This document shows, piece by piece, positions 26,909-36,964 of a stretch of DNA of 64,000 bases. The stretch's first letter is position 1, and each line of letters begins with the position of its first letter. The notes under the pieces were generated by a model that did not search any database, was not told where the DNA came from, and saw only the letters and a program-made list of their open reading frames with translations. The stretch comes from an uncultured Bacilli bacterium (GTDB lineage: Bacteria > Bacillota_I > Bacilli_A > RF39 > UBA660), in NCBI GenBank assembly GCA_934167485.1, contig CAKPKL010000002.1:83027-147026 (forward strand). The letters are read 5' to 3'. The position numbers were made by a program, and so were the translations under genes.

Positions 26909-27898
26909 TTATTTACTACACTTAACATCTTCGCCATAAAGGTTTGTACAAATATCTACACCACTTACAGTAGTTTTATAATATGTATTTGCTGAACAAT
27001 CATTATTTAAGAAACATGACATACAAGATGATATATTCTCTGCCTCACTTGAGTCAGCCACTTTTAAAATTACAAATTGTACAATAGATATTACAAAGAA
27101 TACCATAACAGAAGCTATTATTTTTTTAAGTAAGGAACTTTTTGCCTTCTTTATTTCATCTTCTTTAGAAGCTGCTAAAGCCTTTAATAAAGTAATCATG
27201 CTTGTTACTATTAAAACAATTGGAGTAGCAATCTTAAGTAAATTTACAAAGAAACTAGTAAGAGCTGGAGCCTCTTTTGGAATATCAAATGCATTTCCAC
27301 ACGTAACATATTGTAATTTATCAACATTACAATAACCATTCTCTTTATTCCAAACACATGCAAAATACTTATTATTTTCACAAGTTCCTTTATCATTAAA
27401 TTCTAAACAAGAGGATGGTGTTTCTTCTTCACTTTCTTCAGTTTGTTCAATTAAATCAAACACTACTGGAAAACCACTTTTTTGAATACTAAACTTCTTT
27501 TTTAATGAATCCGACATTTTATTTACATTTGTGTTATCTGAGACATAAAACCTATAAGTCCAAAAACCAAGCTTACCTTTTCTATGTACCAAAATGGCCT
27601 TTGATGGGCATTTTTTATTTTTTTCATAATAGCTCTGGCCACTAAATCCATTATAAGCTGAAACCCAATTTATTACATCTTCTGAATCTTTTTTACCCAC
27701 TACATCATTACCAGTAAGTATGGCATCTTCTGATTTTATTTTCCCATTCTTTGCCATATATAATCTAAATTTAATTTTAATATCTTTACTAGTAGTATTA
27801 TAAACACAATAATACTTTACTTTTGCCCTTATTGGCATTACAAAACACATTGAAGTTAAAAGTGTAACTAACAATATTAATAAGTATTTCTTTTTCAT
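26909..27898 (-). CDS. secreted Cys-rich protein with C-terminal VirB2-like two-TM module (orphan paralogue A)
   Basis: Signal peptide, then ...VTCGNAFDIP...IATPIVLIVTSMITLLKALAASKEDEIKKAKSSLLKKIIASVMVFFV...CMSCF. ATGA overlap with pduL. Confidence 0.7.
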   Translation of the reverse strand: MKKKYLLILLVTLLTSMCFVMPIRAKVKYYCVYNTTSKDIKIKFRLYMAKNGKIKSEDAILTGNDVVGKKDSEDVINWVSAYNGFSGQSYYEKNKKCPSKAILVHRKGKLGFWTYRFYVSDNTNVNKMSDSLKKKFSIQKSGFPVVFDLIEQTEESEEETPSSCLEFNDKGTCENNKYFACVWNKENGYCNVDKLQYVTCGNAFDIPKEAPALTSFFVNLLKIATPIVLIVTSMITLLKALAASKEDEIKKAKSSLLKKIIASVMVFFVISIVQFVILKVADSSEAENISSCMSCFLNNDCSANTYYKTTVSGVDICTNLYGEDVKCSK

Positions 27899-28458
27899 AT
27901 AATCTCTCCTATATCATCGTTATTTATTAAATGAGCATTAGCATCATCTAAATCTAAATGCATTTCAAAAAATGATTCCTCACTTACTTTTAAATATACA
28001 TTACAAATTATTCCACCTTTTTCTCCAGGTAATTTTACATTAACAGTCTTCTTACCTTCAAAACCATAGGCACTCATTTGATCTGGTCTAATATGTATAT
28101 GTCTAGTTGGAATTATACAACCATATTGTATATCTATACCACCCTTAGGCCCTATTATTGTTATAGGACTGCTCCCTATTAAATCTCCTGAATTTCTAAC
28201 TGGTGGGTTTATCCCTAAATTATGAGCATCTGTTTTACTTATTTCAACTTGTGTATAATCTCTAATTGGTCCTAAAACTCTAACATGTTCTATAATTGAT
28301 TTATCCGTTTTAATAGTTACTAAAGCATTTGAAGCAAATTGTCCAGGTTGTTTCAAATCACTCTTTTTTTCTAATTTATAATCCTTACCAAATAAGATTT
28401 CTAAATGTTCTTGTGTTAGATGAACATGTCTTGCCGATACTCCTATACTAACTTTCAT
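27895..28458 (-). CDS. pduL: phosphate propanoyltransferase PduL
   Basis: IGVSARHVHL and IPTRHIHI duplicated motifs, 187 aa. Confidence 0.85.
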   Translation of the reverse strand: MKVSIGVSARHVHLTQEHLEILFGKDYKLEKKSDLKQPGQFASNALVTIKTDKSIIEHVRVLGPIRDYTQVEISKTDAHNLGINPPVRNSGDLIGSSPITIIGPKGGIDIQYGCIIPTRHIHIRPDQMSAYGFEGKKTVNVKLPGEKGGIICNVYLKVSEESFFEMHLDLDDANAHLINNDDIGEII

Positions 28459-28527
28459 ATTATCACCAAGATAATTATAGCATATTTCTAAATTTTTTGA
28501 AATATATTTTAAAGAAAGGATGATTTT

Positions 28528-28887
28528 ATGAATAACAATTATATGAATAATAGTAAATTTCCAGGTACACCTTTATATTCTAATGGTATGCCTACTCCAA
28601 ATCAATCAAGTGTTCAGGAATATATACCTGATGAACAATCTTATATAGAAAATATTTTAAGAGTTAACAAAGGTAAAAAAGTGTCTGTTTATCAATCTTT
28701 TGCTGATTCTAAAGATTGGAGTGATAAAGTATTCACCGGTATTATAGAACAATCTGGTAGAGATCATATTATTTTAAGTGATCCTACTACTGGTGAGTGG
28801 TATTTATTATTGATGATATATGTAGATTATATTAAATTTGATGAAGAAATCAATACTGTTCAACAATTTTATCCATCTAAAGGTTAA
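28528..28887 (+). CDS. gerQ: spore coat protein GerQ-like
   Basis: SYIENILRVNKGKKVSVY...GRDHIILSDPTTGEWYLLLMIYVDYIKFDEEI matches my recollection of the GerQ C-terminal domain. Confidence 0.75.
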   Translation: MNNNYMNNSKFPGTPLYSNGMPTPNQSSVQEYIPDEQSYIENILRVNKGKKVSVYQSFADSKDWSDKVFTGIIEQSGRDHIILSDPTTGEWYLLLMIYVDYIKFDEEINTVQQFYPSKG

Positions 28888-28945
28888 AAAGTATTGATAA
28901 GAAATTAAAAATTTGTTATAATTGTCTATAGATAAGGTGATATGT

Positions 28946-29488
28946 ATGAGTACTATTATGGTAACACTATCAGTAATAATTGTAGTATGTTTGATACTAA
29001 TAGTATTAATATCTATTTATAATCGTTATCAAGATTATATAATTAGAATTAATGAAGCTGATGTTAATATAGATGCAGTATTAAGAAAAAGATTTGATCT
29101 TTTAAACAAATCAATAGGTATAATAAATGCTAATATTGAAACGGAAGAGCCAATATTACAAATGATAGAAAATTTAAGATCTAAAAAACTTACTAATTTT
29201 GAATTAGATAGAAATTTGTATGATGCAATTAATGAATTTCATACTTTAAAAGAAAAATATAATAAATTACAAAATTGTAAAGAATTTATTAAAATTGAAA
29301 TTAATCTTATTGAGTCAGAATCTGAGATAGTTGGATTAAGAAAATATTATAATGATATTATTACTGATTATAATAAATTAGTTAAATCTTTTCCTACTAA
29401 TTTAATAGCATTGTTAAAAGGTTATAAAGCTCGTGATTACTTTGACGGAAATAATGTAGATGAAAAAAAAGGAACTGTAAAATTATAG
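28946..29488 (+). CDS. lemA: LemA family protein
   Basis: Start moved to MSTIMVT (AAGGTGA SD). N-terminal TM plus YNRYQ...NIDAVLRKRFDLL. Confidence 0.8.
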   Translation: MSTIMVTLSVIIVVCLILIVLISIYNRYQDYIIRINEADVNIDAVLRKRFDLLNKSIGIINANIETEEPILQMIENLRSKKLTNFELDRNLYDAINEFHTLKEKYNKLQNCKEFIKIEINLIESESEIVGLRKYYNDIITDYNKLVKSFPTNLIALLKGYKARDYFDGNNVDEKKGTVKL

Positions 29489-29494
29489 TTCCTT

Positions 29495-29923
29495 TTATTT
29501 TTTCTTTTTACCTTTAGATAATATATATATAAATATTAAAAATACAAGTACACATAGTCCTATTATTAAATAATTTTTATTTATTGTTGTATTAATTGTA
29601 TCAATTTTTTCTGTCGTTTGTGAATATTCTTCACCCATTTGTATAATATATTCGCCTGATTTAGAATATAAGTAATTTTCTCTTGCATAATTAGCTAAAT
29701 ATTCTGGATCATTTAATTTTTCTATATCTATTTTTAATTGTTCAGCTTCTTCTTGTAATTTTACATATTTTTCTTCTAATTGTTTTTTTTCAACTGTCAA
29801 TTCATAAATTGTGTAAATATTATATAATAAGCTAAACGAAAAATACACTATTATTATTAAACAAATAGGCCCAAAACAACTAAGTCTTCTTTTAGATACT
29901 TTGGGAACTCTTCTCTTAGACAT
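29495..29923 (-). CDS. septum formation initiator family protein (DivIC/FtsB-like)
   Basis: TM plus coiled coil ...LNDPEYLANYARENYLYSKSGEYII. It follows yabP-yabQ as in Bacillus. Confidence 0.7.
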   Translation of the reverse strand: MSKRRVPKVSKRRLSCFGPICLIIIVYFSFSLLYNIYTIYELTVEKKQLEEKYVKLQEEAEQLKIDIEKLNDPEYLANYARENYLYSKSGEYIIQMGEEYSQTTEKIDTINTTINKNYLIIGLCVLVFLIFIYILSKGKKKK

Positions 29924-29944
29924 ACTATCACCATATAAAGTATA

Positions 29945-30232
29945 TCATTTTTTATTAGTATTTGCAATTAACTTTATAATTATATCATAAGTAAAAAATC
30001 CAAATATTATATTTAATATTGAGTATATATGAAATATGGCATTACCTATACTTTTTATTCCTATAAAATATACTAAAGTCATAAAAGAAATCAAAAGAAA
30101 AGAAAATATTAGTTTTAAGATTTCATTATATTTACATATTTTTTTATTAAACCAATCTAAAATTACAGAAAAGAAAAATCCAAATGAGAAGGAAAATATT
30201 ATCAATTTAAGTTGTAAAGATAACTCTATCAT
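29945..30232 (-). CDS. yabQ: spore cortex biosynthesis protein YabQ
   Basis: 95-aa polytopic protein immediately after yabP with a 4-nt overlap. Confidence 0.65.
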   Translation of the reverse strand: MIELSLQLKLIIFSFSFGFFFSVILDWFNKKICKYNEILKLIFSFLLISFMTLVYFIGIKSIGNAIFHIYSILNIIFGFFTYDIIIKLIANTNKK

Positions 30233-30513
30233 TTAAATAATTTAGAAAAAACGCTTTCTGATTTTTCTGCTTTTTTAGAGTTTTCTAAATAATTTAAACT
30301 ATCAATCTTTCCTTTTATTGATACATCTCCCTGAAATGTATCTAGTTTAATTATTTCTAAATTTGAACCTTTTATTAATATAAAGCCCATATTAGTTTCT
30401 AATAAAAATTCATTTTCATCAAAGTTTTCTATTTTTTTTACCCCTGTAATTGCTATACTCTTTCTTTGATTAATACTTATATTATGGTTATTAGTTACTA
30501 TATCCTTGTCCAT
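30229..30513 (-). CDS. yabP: sporulation protein YabP
   Basis: INQRKSIAITGVKKIENFDENEFLLETNMGFILIKGSNLEI... Confidence 0.8.
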   Translation of the reverse strand: MDKDIVTNNHNISINQRKSIAITGVKKIENFDENEFLLETNMGFILIKGSNLEIIKLDTFQGDVSIKGKIDSLNYLENSKKAEKSESVFSKLFK

Positions 30514-30575
30514 ATCATCACCTAATAAATATTATTCAAAAGAAAAATATATATGAAAAAAACTCTTGACGAGTT

Positions 30576-30827
30576 TTATTCTTTATTATATTCTTCAAGT
30601 ATAGCATCCTCAAACATTTTTCTTGTTTCTGCATTAATAGGATGAGCTATATCATGATATTCTCCATTTGCATTCTTTCTACTTGGCATTGCTATAAAAA
30701 GACCATCTTTACCTTCAATAATTCTTATATCACGAATTACAAAGCAATCATCTAGCAATACTGAAGCTATTCCTTTCATCTTCATATCATCATTTTTTTT
30801 GTGAACATTGACTGACGTTATTTTCAT
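30576..30827 (-). CDS. spoVG: septation regulator SpoVG
   Basis: Start at MKITSVNVH. Motifs LFIAMPSRK and YHDIAHPIN. Confidence 0.9.
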   Translation of the reverse strand: MKITSVNVHKKNDDMKMKGIASVLLDDCFVIRDIRIIEGKDGLFIAMPSRKNANGEYHDIAHPINAETRKMFEDAILEEYNKE

Positions 30828-30894
30828 AAAAGCATCTCCTTCCGTTATCATCTCACACTTTTAGTATATAATAAATTGGTAAAAATTGCAATAT

Positions 30895-31338
30895 TTATAT
30901 ACGATTTTTTAATGTTTTATCTATTTCTCTTTTTATATCTTTTTCTTTTAAAGATTCTCTTTTATCATAATTTTTTTTACCTTTAGCAACACCTAATAAT
31001 ATCTTAGCTTTATTACCTTTAAAATATAGTTTAACAGGTACTAATGTATAACCACTTACTTCAACTTTATCTCTTAACTTTAATATTTCTTTTTTATTTA
31101 ATAACAGTTTTCTAGTTCTTCTTTCGTCATGATTAAATATACTGGCATCATCATATTTACTTATATACATATTAAGTAAATAAACTTCACCATTTTTTAT
31201 TATCGCATAACAGTCTTTTAAATTAGCAAGTCCACTTCTTATAGATTTAATTTCAGTACCTTTAAGTACTATACCACATTCAATTTCTTCTTCTATATAA
31301 TAATCAAAATATGCTTTTTTATTTTTTATCTCAATCAT
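30895..31338 (-). CDS. smpB: SsrA-binding protein SmpB
   Basis: NKKAYFDYYIEE...GTEIKSIR..., 147 aa. Confidence 0.95.
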   Translation of the reverse strand: MIEIKNKKAYFDYYIEEEIECGIVLKGTEIKSIRSGLANLKDCYAIIKNGEVYLLNMYISKYDDASIFNHDERRTRKLLLNKKEILKLRDKVEVSGYTLVPVKLYFKGNKAKILLGVAKGKKNYDKRESLKEKDIKREIDKTLKNRI

Positions 31339-32476
31339 AATTTACCTCTGCTGTTACTATATCAAGATATTGTTGCTCTAAAGATTTATAGTTAGGTAAA
31401 ATATCCTCTGTTAAGTTTGAAAAAGGTATTACCTTATAATTTCTATAATTAGCTGTACAATAAGTATATAATAGTTTATAATCTACATTTTCAAAAGTAA
31501 CTTTAGAATCCTTGACAACTATATCCATACCTACCATAAGTCCTATTATTTTATCTATTCCAAGAGGACTTTGACCTGATATAAAATTACCTAAAGAATA
31601 TATTACTAGAGTATCACCTACATAATCTACTGGCATTATAACATGTGGATGTGAACCTATTATCAAATTTACACCTAAACTTGATAAATACTGAGCTTCT
31701 CTTTTTTGAGTTTCTGTAGGAACATGTGTGTATTCTTCTCCCCAATGCATTGACACTATTATTACATCTACTTTATCCTTTATTTTATCTATATCAGCTT
31801 TTGCTTGTTCATCTGAATATACATTTACTAAATAATCTTTTCCTGATGGCATAGTAAGTCCATTTGTCATATCAGTATAAGCTAAAAATGCATACTTTAT
31901 TCCATTTTGTTCATATACTTTTATTTTACTTTCACGATCCTCAAAAGAATCATTTTGACCACTTACAACTACATTTTTATCTCTCCAAAAATTAACCGAA
32001 TTAAGTACCCCTACTTCATTCATATCAAGGCTATGATTATTAGCAAGACTAACCATATTAAAACCTATATCAAGAAGATTAAGAGCTATTTCATCAGGTG
32101 AATTAAATCTAGGATAGTGTTGCACCCCTAAATCTTTACCACCTATTATTGTTTCTTGATTATAGTATTTTAAATCATAATCTTTTATTAATGGAGCTAC
32201 ATCTGTAAACATTTTACTGAAATCATAATTATTATTTCCAAGTGAAGCATCGGTATATACAGCGCCATGTATTAAAGCATCTCCAACTGCTACTAAAGAC
32301 ATTCTTTTTTCTTTTGGTAAATCTTCTTTTATATCTAGTTTATTATCTTTTGGTTTATTATTAGATTTTGATAATTTATTGGAATATATTATTCCACCTG
32401 TAATAAGACCTATTAATAATACAAATATTATTATTGTTAAAATTACTTTTCCTTTCTTTACTCTTCTTTTTTTCAT
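31331..32476 (-). CDS. CapA/PgsA-family metallophosphatase-fold protein (paralogue 1)
   Basis: Start at MKKRRV (GGAGG SD). N-terminal TM, then GDALIH, ANNHSLD, SMHWGEEY and GSHPHV. Confidence 0.75.
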   Translation of the reverse strand: MKKRRVKKGKVILTIIIFVLLIGLITGGIIYSNKLSKSNNKPKDNKLDIKEDLPKEKRMSLVAVGDALIHGAVYTDASLGNNNYDFSKMFTDVAPLIKDYDLKYYNQETIIGGKDLGVQHYPRFNSPDEIALNLLDIGFNMVSLANNHSLDMNEVGVLNSVNFWRDKNVVVSGQNDSFEDRESKIKVYEQNGIKYAFLAYTDMTNGLTMPSGKDYLVNVYSDEQAKADIDKIKDKVDVIIVSMHWGEEYTHVPTETQKREAQYLSSLGVNLIIGSHPHVIMPVDYVGDTLVIYSLGNFISGQSPLGIDKIIGLMVGMDIVVKDSKVTFENVDYKLLYTYCTANYRNYKVIPFSNLTEDILPNYKSLEQQYLDIVTAEVNYD

Positions 32477-32477
32477 A

Positions 32478-33596
32478 CTAACCTCCATTTACTATTGACA
32501 TATATTCTTGCTCTACACTTTTATAATTATTAAGTAAATTATCATTTAATTTTGAAAATGGTATTACTTTAAAATTTGTACTATTTTCTGCATAAGCAAG
32601 TATTAATTCTTTATATAAGTTATCAATTGTTACTTTTTTATTCTCATCTACAGTTATATTCATACCTACAATAAGACCAATACCTTGATTAAGTCCTATA
32701 GATAATTGATTAGATATAAAATTACCTAAAGAATATATTACTAGAGTATCATTAATTTGAGTTATAGGTTGTACTACATGTGGGTGTGAACCCAATATAA
32801 TATTTACACCCAAACTTGATAAATACTGTGCTATTTCTTTTTCTTCATTAGTAGGTGTATTTGTATATTCTTCTCCCCAATGCATTGATACTATTATTAC
32901 ATCTACTTTATCCTTTATTTTATCTATATCTTCTTTTACTTGTTCATCTGAATACATATTTACTAAATAACTATTAGGTAATCTATTTCCATTTAAACTA
33001 GTTGTATAAGCTAAAAATGCATACTTTATTCCATTTTGTTCATATACCTTTATATCATTTCTCTCTTCCATACTTGAATATGATCCTGCAGTTATAACAT
33101 TTTTTGTTTTCCAAAAGCTATTAGAATATAATATAGCATTCTCTCCTTTATCCATTGAGTGATTATTAGCCAAACTTATTAAATTAAAACCTAAATTTAC
33201 TATTTCATCCCCTATTTCATCTGGAGAATTAAAACTAGGATAACCACTTATACCTAAAGTTTCTCCACCTATAGTAGATTCTTGATTACAATATTTTAAA
33301 TCATATTTTTTTATTATAGGTTCTACTTCAGTAAACATTTTATGAAAATTATAAGAATCCCCTTCTATTGCATCTTTATATACACTTTCATGTATCAAAA
33401 CATCTCCAACGGCTATCAAAGACATTGTTTTACTTTTTTTAGTAATAGGCTCTTCTACATTGTTATTTACTTTATTATCATCTATTTTATTAGAATTATT
33501 TTTATTTAAGTTATTAAACACTATTAATATAAATATTATAAATACTATACTAATAAAAAAAACAATAACACTTTTTTTTAATTTTCTCTTCTTCAT
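32478..33596 (-). CDS. CapA/PgsA-family metallophosphatase-fold protein (paralogue 2)
   Basis: Same motif set (GDVLIH, ANNHSMD, SMHWGEEY, GSHPHV). Confidence 0.75.
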   Translation of the reverse strand: MKKRKLKKSVIVFFISIVFIIFILIVFNNLNKNNSNKIDDNKVNNNVEEPITKKSKTMSLIAVGDVLIHESVYKDAIEGDSYNFHKMFTEVEPIIKKYDLKYCNQESTIGGETLGISGYPSFNSPDEIGDEIVNLGFNLISLANNHSMDKGENAILYSNSFWKTKNVITAGSYSSMEERNDIKVYEQNGIKYAFLAYTTSLNGNRLPNSYLVNMYSDEQVKEDIDKIKDKVDVIIVSMHWGEEYTNTPTNEEKEIAQYLSSLGVNIILGSHPHVVQPITQINDTLVIYSLGNFISNQLSIGLNQGIGLIVGMNITVDENKKVTIDNLYKELILAYAENSTNFKVIPFSKLNDNLLNNYKSVEQEYMSIVNGG

Positions 33597-33621
33597 CCTA
33601 CCACCTATATTAATTATAAAC

Positions 33622-33648
33622 TAAAAAAGAGATAAAGTCTATCTCTTT
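33622..33648 (-). terminator. rho-independent terminator after rnr
   Basis: AAAGAGATA-GACTT-TATCTCTTT then TTTAG. It overlaps the rnr stop. Confidence 0.6.
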
Positions 33649-35726
33649 ATTACAAAGTCTACAGTATGATTTATTTTACTTGCTGATTTTACTACTACTT
33701 TAACTTCATCGCCTAATCTATATCCTCTTTTATTCTTATTTCCTATAAGGGAGAATGTTGATTCATCGTATCTATAATAATCATCTGTTAAGTCATCAAT
33801 TCTAATTAATCCCTCTATTTTATTTGGAAGTTCTATAAACATACCAAAACTCATAACACCTGACACTATACCAGTATATTCTTCTCCTATATGTTTTTCC
33901 ATATATTCTGCCATCTTCATATCATCTACTTCTCTTTCACAGTCAACAGAAGCACGTTCTCTTTCTGAAGTATGAGTTGCTAAAACTGGTAATTTTTGTT
34001 CCCAATATCTAATTGTATCAGAATTTATATTTTTATTAAATAAATATGTTCTAAGTAATCTATGTACGGTTGTATCTGGATATCTTCTGATTGGTGATGT
34101 AAAGTGTGTATAACACTTACTAGCTAAACCAAAATGACCTATATTATTACTATCATAAACTGCTTTTTGCATACTCCTTAAAAGTAAACATGAAAGAATT
34201 GGATATTCTGGTACATCCTTTAATTCTTCTAACAATTCCTGCATTGATTTAGGGGTTATTTTTTTCATTTTATGAACATTATATCCTAATATACTTATAA
34301 AATTAAGGAAATTATTTATTTTTTCTTCATTAGGTTCACCATGTACACGATAAATAAATGGATAATCTAAATAAGTGACATGACGCGCTACAGTCTCATT
34401 AGCAGCTATCATAAAGTCTTCAATTAATTTTTCACCAGTGCCACGTTCTCTTAATTTAACATCAATAGCTTCTCCTTTTTCATCAGTTATTATTTTAGCC
34501 TCATCTATATCAAAATCTATATATCCTTTTCTAATTTTATTTGCCCTTAAAATGCTAGCTAAATCACTCATCATATTTAATTTTTCTACATAAGGTTCAT
34601 AACCTTCTGGAACTATCGTTTTTTCTAATATACTATTTACTTTTTTATAAGTCATTTGTATATTTGACTTTATAACACTCTCATAAATATCATAGTTAAT
34701 TACTTCACCAGTAGAATCAATTTCCATAACACATGAAATTGCTAATCTATCTACATTTGGATTTAGAGAACAAATTCCATTAGATAATTGATGTGGTAAC
34801 ATAGGAATAACTGTATTAGCTAAATATACACTAGTACCTCTTTTATAAGCTTCTTCATCTAAAGGAGAATGTTCTTTTACATAATAACTTACATCAGCTA
34901 TATGTACACCAAGTTCATAATTCCCATTAGACAATTTTTCAATAGATATAGCATCATCAATATCTTTAGTATCATCACCATCTATTGTAAATATTTGTTT
35001 TTCTCTTAAATCTACTCTACCTTCATATTCATTTTCTAAAACGTGATCTGGAATACTTTTTAATTGCTCTATAACTTCTTCTGGAAATTCATCTTCTATC
35101 TCATATTTAGCAGCTATACTAAGTATATCAACACCAGGATCATCAACATGTCCTAAAATCTTTATAATAGCACCTTTATAAACATTATTTTCTATTTTAT
35201 TAAGTAATCTAACTACTACCTTATGTCCACTTACTGCACCCAATGTACAATTCTCATCTACTATTATATCTAAATTTACCTTCTTATCATCCAAATCTAC
35301 TTTACATTTATTATTCTTAAAATAAACTTTACCTACAAATTGTTTAGATTTTCTTTCTACAACTTTTACTATTCTACCTTCTAATTTTAATCCTTTTTTA
35401 GAAGTAATTTCTACAATAACCTCATCATTATTAATAGCGCCATTTAAATTACTTTGTTCAACGAATACATCGTCATCACCTTCTATATCAACAAAAGCAT
35501 AACCTTTTCTGGTTGCTAAAAGCTTACCAACTCTAAGATTACTTTTATTAAATAACATATATTTATCTTTTTTTGTTCTATAAATTTTTAAATTGTTTTC
35601 TAATTCATTTAAAACTTTCAATAATTCTTTTAGATCTTCCACACTATTAAATCCTAATTTTTCCTCTATTTCCGGTACAGTTAGGGCATCATTTTCGTTT
35701 AATATTTTAATAATTTTTTCTTCCAT
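33639..35726 (-). CDS. rnr: ribonuclease R
   Basis: 695 aa. RNB domain (IDGDDTKDIDDA) and C-terminal S1 domain. Confidence 0.95.
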   Translation of the reverse strand: MEEKIIKILNENDALTVPEIEEKLGFNSVEDLKELLKVLNELENNLKIYRTKKDKYMLFNKSNLRVGKLLATRKGYAFVDIEGDDDVFVEQSNLNGAINNDEVIVEITSKKGLKLEGRIVKVVERKSKQFVGKVYFKNNKCKVDLDDKKVNLDIIVDENCTLGAVSGHKVVVRLLNKIENNVYKGAIIKILGHVDDPGVDILSIAAKYEIEDEFPEEVIEQLKSIPDHVLENEYEGRVDLREKQIFTIDGDDTKDIDDAISIEKLSNGNYELGVHIADVSYYVKEHSPLDEEAYKRGTSVYLANTVIPMLPHQLSNGICSLNPNVDRLAISCVMEIDSTGEVINYDIYESVIKSNIQMTYKKVNSILEKTIVPEGYEPYVEKLNMMSDLASILRANKIRKGYIDFDIDEAKIITDEKGEAIDVKLRERGTGEKLIEDFMIAANETVARHVTYLDYPFIYRVHGEPNEEKINNFLNFISILGYNVHKMKKITPKSMQELLEELKDVPEYPILSCLLLRSMQKAVYDSNNIGHFGLASKCYTHFTSPIRRYPDTTVHRLLRTYLFNKNINSDTIRYWEQKLPVLATHTSERERASVDCEREVDDMKMAEYMEKHIGEEYTGIVSGVMSFGMFIELPNKIEGLIRIDDLTDDYYRYDESTFSLIGNKNKRGYRLGDEVKVVVKSASKINHTVDFVIKR

Positions 35727-35811
35727 ACATATCCTCCACTTATATTATAAAATATTTTATTCAAACATTTCAACTAAATACTTGTAAATAGTCTTGTTTA
35801 TACAAAAAAAG

Positions 35812-35854
35812 TGTAAAGAAAAAGAGTTATAAAACTATTTTAAGTTTATAACTC
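35812..35854 (-). terminator. rho-independent terminator after the 366-aa gene
   Basis: GAGTTATAAA-11 nt-TTTATAACTC followed by TTTTTCTTT. Confidence 0.6.
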
Positions 35855-36935
35855 CACAACCTTCTGCTACAAATCCAAATTTTTCTAGTACAAATACTAT
35901 TATAAATGGTATTATGAATGCTAAAGCAGCTGCTATCAATCTCTTAGCAAATCTACCTTGTGCTTTTTTCATTTCATCATCTTTATCAGAAGCAATTGCT
36001 TTTATAAAATCAATTATTCCAAGTATTATTACTAGTACTGGTAATATATATTTTACAATGTTTAAAATATTATTTATCCATCCTATTAAATTTTCAGAGA
36101 ACCCGCAAGTGGCACTATAATCTTTTGTTTTTATGTATTGTTCTTTTAATACTTTCATTCTCTCAATTGCATTTAAGCAACTATCTACACAACCATCATC
36201 AGAGCTTAAGCTTTGATTTTGCAAAATCGAATTACAAGTTTTTGTCATTATATTTGTATATTCTTCAACTTTTGAAAGTGCTTTACTTTTACAAACTGCT
36301 ACACTTGCATTTTTTTTATTAGAAGCACCATCTAAATAGTTGCCACATCCTAAATATTCTTTGTATGACCTAGCAACATCTGAAAACATAGACGTAAATT
36401 TATCACATGATGATACTAAATTTTCCTTAGAAATATCCCCACCATTATAATTTGCAACTTCACATGAAACATAAGTAGTGCCCCAAAACCACTTATTCCA
36501 AAAGTTTTCACTGCTTGGATCAAATTCATTTGCTGTTACATCATCTATTGTTTGAGTATCTAAAGAAGAGGAAAATAAACCTACATATGTATCTTTCGTT
36601 AATTCATTAAATGCAGGCCCTGTCAATAACCCGAAAAATAATGAACCAACTATAGGCAAATTTCTTTTTTCTATGCTACAAACTGTTAATGTCTTCCAAC
36701 AGTGTTGATCATCATTTAACATTGAAGGCTCTAAGAAATTACTAACACCAGAATATTTGCCCTCTAAATCTTCTTTATTATATGTCATACTGACATTACC
36801 ATTTTCATCTTTAGACGTATTTATTATTATATCTTGTCCATTATAGTTATATTTACATTCTCTAGCACTTATCTCACCACTAAATATAAATATTGAAATA
36901 AGCACAAATAATACCATTAATAAACTTTTTTTCAT
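35835..36935 (-). CDS. secreted Cys-rich protein with C-terminal VirB2-like two-TM module (orphan paralogue B)
   Basis: Signal peptide, then ...ATCGFSENLIGW...ILPVLVIILGIIDFIKAIASDKDDEMKKAQGRFAKRLIAAALAFIIPF... Confidence 0.7.
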   Translation of the reverse strand: MKKSLLMVLFVLISIFIFSGEISARECKYNYNGQDIIINTSKDENGNVSMTYNKEDLEGKYSGVSNFLEPSMLNDDQHCWKTLTVCSIEKRNLPIVGSLFFGLLTGPAFNELTKDTYVGLFSSSLDTQTIDDVTANEFDPSSENFWNKWFWGTTYVSCEVANYNGGDISKENLVSSCDKFTSMFSDVARSYKEYLGCGNYLDGASNKKNASVAVCKSKALSKVEEYTNIMTKTCNSILQNQSLSSDDGCVDSCLNAIERMKVLKEQYIKTKDYSATCGFSENLIGWINNILNIVKYILPVLVIILGIIDFIKAIASDKDDEMKKAQGRFAKRLIAAALAFIIPFIIVFVLEKFGFVAEGCGVINLK

Positions 36936-36964
36936 ATTTCCTCCATATATTTATATCTAAATTA

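Noticed and set aside
30852-30894. I looked for tmRNA (ssrA) next to smpB, and for any tRNA or rRNA in intergenic gaps.
   Set aside because: The gaps around smpB are 43 nt or less or overlap neighbouring genes. No intergenic region in the window is long enough or shows a tRNA-like acceptor/T-arm pattern.
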